Shown one piece after another: positions 57,826-64,000 of a stretch of DNA of 64,000 nt. The stretch's first letter is position 1; each line of letters starts with the position of its first letter. A model generated the notes under the pieces. It saw only the letters and a program-made list of their open reading frames with translations. It made no database searches and was not told the DNA's origin. The stretch is from the sequence record NC_070999.1; one strand, 5' to 3'. The translations under genes were made by a program, and so were the position numbers.

Positions 57826-58197
57826 ATGAACAAATCCGATTTAATAAAGAAAATATTCCTAGGAGAACTCTTTGAAGAAAAACCCAAGAGTTACCCCAAA
57901 GTTTATTTTATCAAAGGTATGTTGCGAGATGATAACTTAAGGTTCTTTTCCACGTTCAGATATCGGGTTAATAAACATGATGTTATCATTGTTTCTATCA
58001 AGATCGCTCTTGATAATCCAGAGAACAATGTATGCATTTCATTGATCCATATTAAACCAATGAAAAAGTTCACTAAATCAATATTTCGTAAATCCTATCG
58101 AGTACTTTATAAAGGGATGGATGAGATCATTTCATCTTCATCTATTCTCCTTGCAGAGAAGCTCGACAAGCTTGAGGAAAGCCTTAATGTCAAATAG
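57826..58197 (+). CDS. hypothetical protein (possibly 5'-frameshifted; original start 57776)
   Basis: 123-aa basic ORF; the frame stays open upstream to the strong SD/ATG at 57776. Confidence 0.6.
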   Translation: MNKSDLIKKIFLGELFEEKPKSYPKVYFIKGMLRDDNLRFFSTFRYRVNKHDVIIVSIKIALDNPENNVCISLIHIKPMKKFTKSIFRKSYRVLYKGMDEIISSSSILLAEKLDKLEESLNVK

Positions 58198-58579
58198 TGT
58201 AGAAAAGTTAATCGTTATGATTAAGCAGGATGTGAGTGAGTTCCTTGATATGATCAAGGGTAAACCGTTTCCTTCTGAAATCAAAACCGAAGAAGCTAAA
58301 ATGTTCAGTTTCAGTACTACTTGCACCGGAACAGAGTTTAAGATTTCTGTTACAGCATTAAAGACAGAATTCCCCGGGAAGTTTCTGATATATATCAATA
58401 CTGCGTTTATGTCAGAACCTAAAACAAAAGAATCAATTATTATCCATGGTGTTCCACTTCACGGTACTTACGAGTCAACTCATGCTCTTGAGAATATCGA
58501 AGAAGAAGATCAATTGGATAGTGAAATCTATCGACTGATTGAAGAATCTCTTGAGCAACACATCAGTCATGCTTTGTAA
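58187..58579 (+). CDS. hypothetical protein
   Basis: Likely start ATG 58187 after GAGGA; the ORF track starts at 58121. Confidence 0.65.
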   Translation: MSNSVEKLIVMIKQDVSEFLDMIKGKPFPSEIKTEEAKMFSFSTTCTGTEFKISVTALKTEFPGKFLIYINTAFMSEPKTKESIIIHGVPLHGTYESTHALENIEEEDQLDSEIYRLIEESLEQHISHAL

Positions 58580-58703
58580 ACGCTCTGTATTGCGTTTAAA
58601 TCAATTTCTTTATTAAATACGTACGATTCAATACTTTAGAGAAAAGAATCGTTTACAAGAGCTCTCAGCTCGTTTTAATCAATATGTTATCTAGGAGAAG
58701 AAA

Positions 58704-59654
58704 ATGGATCGTTGCTTCAATATCTATGGTGCAGGTGGTGCTGGTATTAACATTCTGAACCAACTGCTTAAAGAGTCTAAGTCTCAGCAGTTTATCAAAC
58801 AAGTAGTTGGTCTGGATACCTCTGACGCCAACCCAGCTATCGATGGTCTGTTTGAAATCGAACGTCTTGGTGATACTCGTGGTTCTGGTTCCGATAAGAG
58901 TGCGAACATCTCCCGTTACCCAGACTTCGTAAAACAAGTTCTGGCTAAACATCAACCTAATAGTATCAACATTGTAGTGTTCTCAGGAGCTGGTGGGTCA
59001 GGTTCAGGTATTGGTCCGTTCCTGGTGCGTGCAATGTTGGAACGTGATATTCCGGTTCTGTCAGTAGTAATTGGAGATACAACTTCTATCAAGGAGTTTG
59101 ATAACACCATCTCTACTCTGCGTTCTCTGAATGCTCAGACTAAGCTTGGTTGTCCGGTACTGTTTGCTTATCGCGAAAACCAACTTGGTCGTACACAAGG
59201 CGAGGTTAACCGTAATGTGTTGGAAGTAATTAACAACGCAATCATGATGTTCAATCTGCAAAACGAACGTATTGATTACGCTGATGTTAAGAACTTCTTC
59301 TTCTTTACCAATGTGGTTAAAGCAGATCCAATTCTTACTCAAGTGTCGTTCTGTAACGATGAGAATGTGAAAGACTACAAACGCACCCCGGTTGCGTGTA
59401 TCTCCCTGTTCAATGACATTGATCAAATCAAAGCTCCGTTTGATAATCTCCTGTATCGTAAAGCTGGTTTGTTCGGACCTGAAACAGAAGGTCTGATTAA
59501 TGCAGCTCACGCTCTGCTTGATCACGGTTCTACTCTTAATGAGCTGGAAGTAATGATGAAGCAACAAGAGACTAAACAAGCTGAACTCTCTGGTAAATAC
59601 AAAGTACAAAAAGATCTGAGCCAAGGTTCTGATGACCACGGCATGTTCTGTTAA
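58704..59654 (+). CDS. phuZ: phage tubulin PhuZ
   Basis: IYGAGGAGINI (T1 loop), GSGSDK, GGSGSGIGP tubulin signature and RIDYAD; about 316 aa with an acidic C-terminal tail. Confidence 0.92.
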   Translation: MDRCFNIYGAGGAGINILNQLLKESKSQQFIKQVVGLDTSDANPAIDGLFEIERLGDTRGSGSDKSANISRYPDFVKQVLAKHQPNSINIVVFSGAGGSGSGIGPFLVRAMLERDIPVLSVVIGDTTSIKEFDNTISTLRSLNAQTKLGCPVLFAYRENQLGRTQGEVNRNVLEVINNAIMMFNLQNERIDYADVKNFFFFTNVVKADPILTQVSFCNDENVKDYKRTPVACISLFNDIDQIKAPFDNLLYRKAGLFGPETEGLINAAHALLDHGSTLNELEVMMKQQETKQAELSGKYKVQKDLSQGSDDHGMFC

Positions 59655-59665
59655 TATAAATGGAG

Positions 59666-59691
59666 TAGAGGAGGGGATTAACCCTCCTCTA
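59666..59691 (+). terminator. hairpin/terminator after phuZ
   Basis: TAGAGGAGGG-GATTAA-CCCTCCTCTA. Confidence 0.65.
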
Positions 59692-59698
59692 ACTTATT

Positions 59699-59977
59699 AT
59701 GCAAATTCTTTTTAATCTGTCTAGTATAGGCAACAACTTAACTGTATTGTCGGAAGCTAAAGAGAGTTTGGCATATTCCATTTTACAAGATGCGTGTCTT
59801 GACCATGGTATTCCTCTCCCACCTTCCCCGTATAGTAGAAGTCTCTCTCATGAACACAGTTATCTTTTTGAATTAGTAAAAGGATATGTGGATGAGAAAC
59901 TACTCACTGTACCTACCCCGAGTTATGCGACCTTAACCAACTTAGGTCATCTTCACTTTCAACTCGATATTACTTAA
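59699..59977 (+). CDS. hypothetical protein
   Basis: 92-aa ORF in the phuZ-polymerase interval. Confidence 0.6.
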   Translation: MQILFNLSSIGNNLTVLSEAKESLAYSILQDACLDHGIPLPPSPYSRSLSHEHSYLFELVKGYVDEKLLTVPTPSYATLTNLGHLHFQLDIT

Positions 59978-59983
59978 CAAGGC

Positions 59984-60469
59984 TTGGTTATGTTTCATAT
60001 CGATTACAATTTACTAAAATCACAAGTTGCTCTTACCTGTGTAATGTCAGGCGGACAAGCAACAGAAACTCTGGACTACAATAACGCAATCTATTACAGT
60101 AAACTCGCTCTAGATTGTATTGTTCATGTTCTCAATGATAAAGTTAACAAACCTGACGACTCTTTCTACCTGTATTGCGAAGAGTATCACAAGAACGATT
60201 GTCAATTCACCTTCCTTGGCGAAATTGTTATTGGAATGGTGGTGGATATTAAACGACAGTTCTACACCGCAGGTTTTGATCCCCGGTTGAAGTATAAGTT
60301 ACTTGAACGGAAATTTAATAATATTCCTTGTTATCGTATCTGCATGGATTTGGAAGAGACGTTCCTCTTCTTTACTCCTAAGGAAGATAAGGAAGATGTT
60401 TCTCAAGCTGTATCTGATGACCCATCTCAGGAGATGTTAAATGAGCTCTTTGGGATTTACAGTCATTAA
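59984..60469 (+). CDS. hypothetical protein
   Basis: 161 aa; alternative ATG at 59990. Confidence 0.65.
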   Translation: MVMFHIDYNLLKSQVALTCVMSGGQATETLDYNNAIYYSKLALDCIVHVLNDKVNKPDDSFYLYCEEYHKNDCQFTFLGEIVIGMVVDIKRQFYTAGFDPRLKYKLLERKFNNIPCYRICMDLEETFLFFTPKEDKEDVSQAVSDDPSQEMLNELFGIYSH

Positions 60470-60887
60470 CTTCACCAGCTTCTTTCCGTTTATAGAACAA
60501 GCTATTGATGAGAAAGGAATGTACTCATCAAGAATGATAGTTAGAAAAGATTATCCATTCCTTGTTCCTGCGTTTCAAACCTATCTAATTAGAAAGTGTG
60601 GGGTATTCTCTTTAGTTGGTTATGTAGAAGAACCGGTATTAACATCCTGGTTTGATTTTGAAACGTTAATAGAAGAGTTTGATGATTTACTACTACAGTT
60701 TAGAGAGTACCTCATATCTAATTTAGGACTAGATTTACAAGCCAGGTATACTCTGGTTCGTTATCTGGATAATTTCAACTTTATCATTGCACAAGGGGAA
60801 CAGGATGATCCGGTACTCGACCACCAACATTCATCCCTTGTGGATGATTGTGAACAAGTGGTCACTGAATGCGACCCGTTTCTTTGA
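60441..60887 (+). CDS. hypothetical protein
   Basis: 148-aa overlapping ORF with AGGAG SD. Confidence 0.65.
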   Translation: MSSLGFTVINFTSFFPFIEQAIDEKGMYSSRMIVRKDYPFLVPAFQTYLIRKCGVFSLVGYVEEPVLTSWFDFETLIEEFDDLLLQFREYLISNLGLDLQARYTLVRYLDNFNFIIAQGEQDDPVLDHQHSSLVDDCEQVVTECDPFL

Positions 60888-61098
60888 AATAGCGCAAGAG
60901 TATGTTCAAAATCGTAATCCTGAAGTATTATCTATCAGGCTACAAATGCTGGAACCTACTCAAGGATTTATGTTAAATCAAGAAGTAAGACAACAACTTG
61001 ATTTACTTATCCAAACATTAGATTCCATTGAAGAATGGGAGAAGTGCTATTTTGAAAATCAACAGTTTATTGTTATAGAAGGACAATTGAATGTCTGA
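60805..61098 (+). CDS. hypothetical protein
   Basis: Likely start ATG 60805; overlaps the upstream gene. Confidence 0.55.
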   Translation: MIRYSTTNIHPLWMIVNKWSLNATRFFEIAQEYVQNRNPEVLSIRLQMLEPTQGFMLNQEVRQQLDLLIQTLDSIEEWEKCYFENQQFIVIEGQLNV

Positions 61099-61393
61099 AC
61101 CTAAAATCTATACCCAACTGATTACATTCCCAGGTATTCCGATTGAGACAGTAACTAATGCAGTTGGTCTCTTGATGAATGTCCATGGTGTACAACATCA
61201 ACTGACAGTTAACCCAGAAGGGTTCTCTAGTGATGCACTAGTAACAGGTAATGAAGTAGCAGATATTCGTGCTACTAATCAATATCTGGAGCTTAACGGT
61301 TTGCTTGGTGGACTTTCTCGTGACCATGAGTTGGTAACTTGTGATACTAAATCAGATGGTAAGTGTCTACATCTGACTCTCACTTGTAAGTAA
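61091..61393 (+). CDS. hypothetical protein
   Basis: 100 aa with AAGGA SD. Confidence 0.68.
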   Translation: MSEPKIYTQLITFPGIPIETVTNAVGLLMNVHGVQHQLTVNPEGFSSDALVTGNEVADIRATNQYLELNGLLGGLSRDHELVTCDTKSDGKCLHLTLTCK

Positions 61394-61402
61394 GGACACG
61401 AC

Positions 61403-62035
61403 ATGTTTGTCTACCTTAATGCGTTTAATTACGATGAACTCATTGGGGGAATCGTGGAGCGTTTAGGAATTCAAGACGAACCTTTGACCTATGAGATATT
61501 GTTAAAGGCGTTCAAGAGTGTTTCAGAACGTTTAAAACGAAGGAATGAGTTTCTTTCCTCCACCAATGAAGATCCAGATAGAATGGTTGAAAAACTGGCT
61601 GATCATTATTTAGAGCTGGTCAGGATTTCCCCTCACTTTAATGATGAAACTAACCCGATCAGTTTTCTAGTAGAACTAATCGTAGGTTCAACACCTCAAA
61701 GTGTTTGGGAAGGTTATGAAATCTACCGGATTCTATCCGAGGCCCATCAAGTAGTCGGTAACGATCAAGATGGATATTACTTAGACATTGATCCAGAAGA
61801 AGCTCTAGCTATTGCTGAAACTATTCTGGATCACATTGAAAGTAATAAACTTATCGGAGAAGACCCTTTAGATTCTTTCTTAGAAGAACACATCAAAGAT
61901 CAATTGATTGGTGATGAACCTGGTTCTTTACAGTTAGAAGTAATAGATTCACCAGGTAAAGTAGTGACCTATGGAAATGCTTTGATTACATTCCCTCTAT
62001 TACTTGCCAAGGTTGAGCACTATGAAGTTATCTGA
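61403..62035 (+). CDS. hypothetical acidic protein
   Basis: 210 aa with AAGGA SD. Confidence 0.7.
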   Translation: MFVYLNAFNYDELIGGIVERLGIQDEPLTYEILLKAFKSVSERLKRRNEFLSSTNEDPDRMVEKLADHYLELVRISPHFNDETNPISFLVELIVGSTPQSVWEGYEIYRILSEAHQVVGNDQDGYYLDIDPEEALAIAETILDHIESNKLIGEDPLDSFLEEHIKDQLIGDEPGSLQLEVIDSPGKVVTYGNALITFPLLLAKVEHYEVI

Positions 62036-62444
62036 AATCCAAAAAGGTGATCTAGTTAATTTCGATATGATTACTCCAGGTATCTTTGGAGATCAGTATC
62101 GAGGTGTTTTGGTAGCAGGTGTGGTTGATTATACAGTAGCTTCTAGTATTGATCCAGAACTTAATGTAAAACACCAAGCTTTCTATCCGATGTTTAAAAA
62201 CACCGTGGATAACGTTAATGATCCGTCTCGTTACGACTATCTGCTTATTAGACCAGATCCCACCCAATCTAATCTCTTGGTTATCGGCTATCCCTGGATT
62301 AATCCAAGTTCCCTAGAAGTAACTAAAGGTCGTTCTGCCCTTATTACCATTACTACTTGGGAACAACGCTTTGAAAGTCCTTTAAAAGACTTTCTAGCTA
62401 ATCTAGGTGCGCCTTACACCATTGACATCCGTGATAAGTCTTAA
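62022..62444 (+). CDS. conserved hypothetical protein upstream of the DNA polymerase
   Basis: Likely start ATG 62022 (MKLSEIQKGDLVNFDM); the ORF track starts at 62004. Confidence 0.68.
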   Translation: MKLSEIQKGDLVNFDMITPGIFGDQYRGVLVAGVVDYTVASSIDPELNVKHQAFYPMFKNTVDNVNDPSRYDYLLIRPDPTQSNLLVIGYPWINPSSLEVTKGRSALITITTWEQRFESPLKDFLANLGAPYTIDIRDKS

Positions 62445-62458
62445 CCTCTTAATTAATT

Positions 62459-62492
62459 CCAACCTAACCTCCTTAATTGGAGGTTAGGTTGG
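62459..62492 (+). terminator. intrinsic terminator
   Basis: CCAACCTAACCTCC-TTAATT-GGAGGTTAGGTTGG plus T-rich tail. Confidence 0.85.
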
Positions 62493-62605
62493 TCTTTACC
62501 TTTAGTCTCTTTTTTTATCTTTTCACCACGATTACAATTTAGTAGCGAACTAAACATTTAGCCTCCTATCATTTGTTTTTCATAATTTCTGTTGAGGGAA
62601 CAGTT

Positions 62606-64000
62606 ATGTCAGAATCCAATCCGTTTCTCTCAGAAACGTACGAATCAGATCGTAATATAATTAAACACTCCATTGATCAGTATTCGGAATTGATTAGTAG
62701 AGTACAAGGTGAAGATAAAGAAGTTGTAAAGGCTAACTTACTAACTTATTTCAAAGCCAATAAAGAACAATATAAATCTAAACGTGCTAAAGTTATTATC
62801 AAGAATAAAGTTGGTGATAGAGAAGTAAAGATTATCCCATTCTCGTCCGTATTAAAGCATGTACAAGATAATAATTATCACTTCTCACCTAGTATGATAG
62901 CGTATACTAACTCTGATGAAGAGGAGTGTGTAAACTCTATCGGAACTCGTTTATTCATCGCTAACCGTAAGTACTATAAGAACTTACGACAAGATGCAAA
63001 AGCAGTAAACGATAAAGATCTTTATGGTAAGTATCATGAGTTACAAAACGCCTTTAAGATCTTTAACAACGCCCAATCCGGAGCCATGTCTTCCGGAGGT
63101 ACCCCAATATCCAACCACACTGGTCACACGTCACTTACATCAACAACAAGATGTCTGACCTCTACAGCTAACCTAACCAACGAACAGTTCATTGCCGGTA
63201 ATCGTTTCTATCATAACCCTGATGCTACCTTGCAGTCTATGATAGCCAGAATTCAAGTGACTGATTTTAAGCTACTTGAACAAGTAATGAGTAAGTATAA
63301 ACTTCATTACCCAACTACCGAAGATCTAATGAAAAGGGTTAAACATTGCGCTAGTAGATACTGGGATTCCGAATCACAAATGAGTCTTATAGAGACCTTT
63401 GTGGATAAACTGAAACCTATTGAAAAGGCGTCTATACTTTATACACTAGACTTGTTTTCTCTGTTCAACCATAACAGGGATGTTGTACGTGCTTTCTTTG
63501 ATAAATGGTGTCATATACCAGAAGTTGATGAATCCAAACTACTTAAACCTGATAATGGTGATAGATATGTTCTTTGTGTTTCCAAGCTCCCAAGGGATCC
63601 AAGTAAAGAACAAGTACAGGCATTAAATTATCACCATGTTCAGGTGGAAAAAGAATACAGTGATTTTATTAAGGTGTTTTTTAAATCACCGATTCCACCT
63701 ACCGGATTATTTAATGTTGTTAATGCCGTTAGGGATTGTGTCTTAACTAGTGATACTGACTCAAGTATTTATAGTGTTGATGAAATGATAGATTCTTACA
63801 CTAGTGATCAAAAGCAAGGCGTGATGTTGAACGGAGTACTTACGTATTTTATTCGCATGGTCTCTGTTGATCAACATGCACAACTATCCTGCAATATGAA
63901 TGTGTCTAAGAAAAACTTAGATCTACTTAATATGAAAAATGAATATTTCTTCTCAGGTTATGTTACAACTGACATGTCCAAGCATTATTATGCTTATCAA
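62606..64000 (+). CDS. family B DNA polymerase subunit (phiKZ gp50-like), truncated by the window end; absent from the ORF track
   Basis: ATG 62606 (MSESNPFLSETY...); motif B QNAFKIFNNAQSG and motif C TSDTDS (63746-63763) lie in the same frame. Confidence 0.88.
   Translation, partial: MSESNPFLSETYESDRNIIKHSIDQYSELISRVQGEDKEVVKANLLTYFKANKEQYKSKRAKVIIKNKVGDREVKIIPFSSVLKHVQDNNYHFSPSMIAYTNSDEEECVNSIGTRLFIANRKYYKNLRQDAKAVNDKDLYGKYHELQNAFKIFNNAQSGAMSSGGTPISNHTGHTSLTSTTRCLTSTANLTNEQFIAGNRFYHNPDATLQSMIARIQVTDFKLLEQVMSKYKLHYPTTEDLMKRVKHCASRYWDSESQMSLIETFVDKLKPIEKASILYTLDLFSLFNHNRDVVRAFFDKWCHIPEVDESKLLKPDNGDRYVLCVSKLPRDPSKEQVQALNYHHVQVEKEYSDFIKVFFKSPIPPTGLFNVVNAVRDCVLTSDTDSSIYSVDEMIDSYTSDQKQGVMLNGVLTYFIRMVSVDQHAQLSCNMNVSKKNLDLLNMKNEYFFSGYVTTDMSKHYYAYQ

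Noticed and set aside
58665-59639. Minus-strand ORFs 58665-58955 and 59061-59639
   Set aside because: Antisense shadows of phuZ.

Overview
This is a 64-kb segment of an AT-rich phiKZ-like jumbo phage (Chimalliviridae-type, probably nucleus-forming). The tailspike N-terminus and the tRNA set suggest a gammaproteobacterial host, possibly Aeromonas (inference). Core genes in order: virion RNA polymerase beta' and beta subunits, a peptidoglycan-binding lytic transglycosylase, head proteins and prohead protease, an early accessory block, tail tube and sheath (minus strand), baseplate/virion genes, a large terminase split by a class 3-type LAGLIDADG intein, a GC-shifted tailspike cassette, dTMP kinase, an HNH endonuclease, a 2.3-kb RNA-only island, a long block of accessory ORFs with a possible origin-like site, PhuZ tubulin, and the start of the family B DNA polymerase. 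The most unusual feature is the minus-strand RNA island (40.9-43.2 kb). It holds 4 canonical tRNAs, a non-canonical tRNA-like gene, an ~800-nt highly structured RNA, and an ~600-nt unit. In that unit G-U-rich hairpins alternate with five single-stranded segments, each antisense to a Shine-Dalgarno plus AUG context, making it a candidate multi-target antisense RNA array. All assignments come from reading the sequence by eye; no database search or folding program was run.
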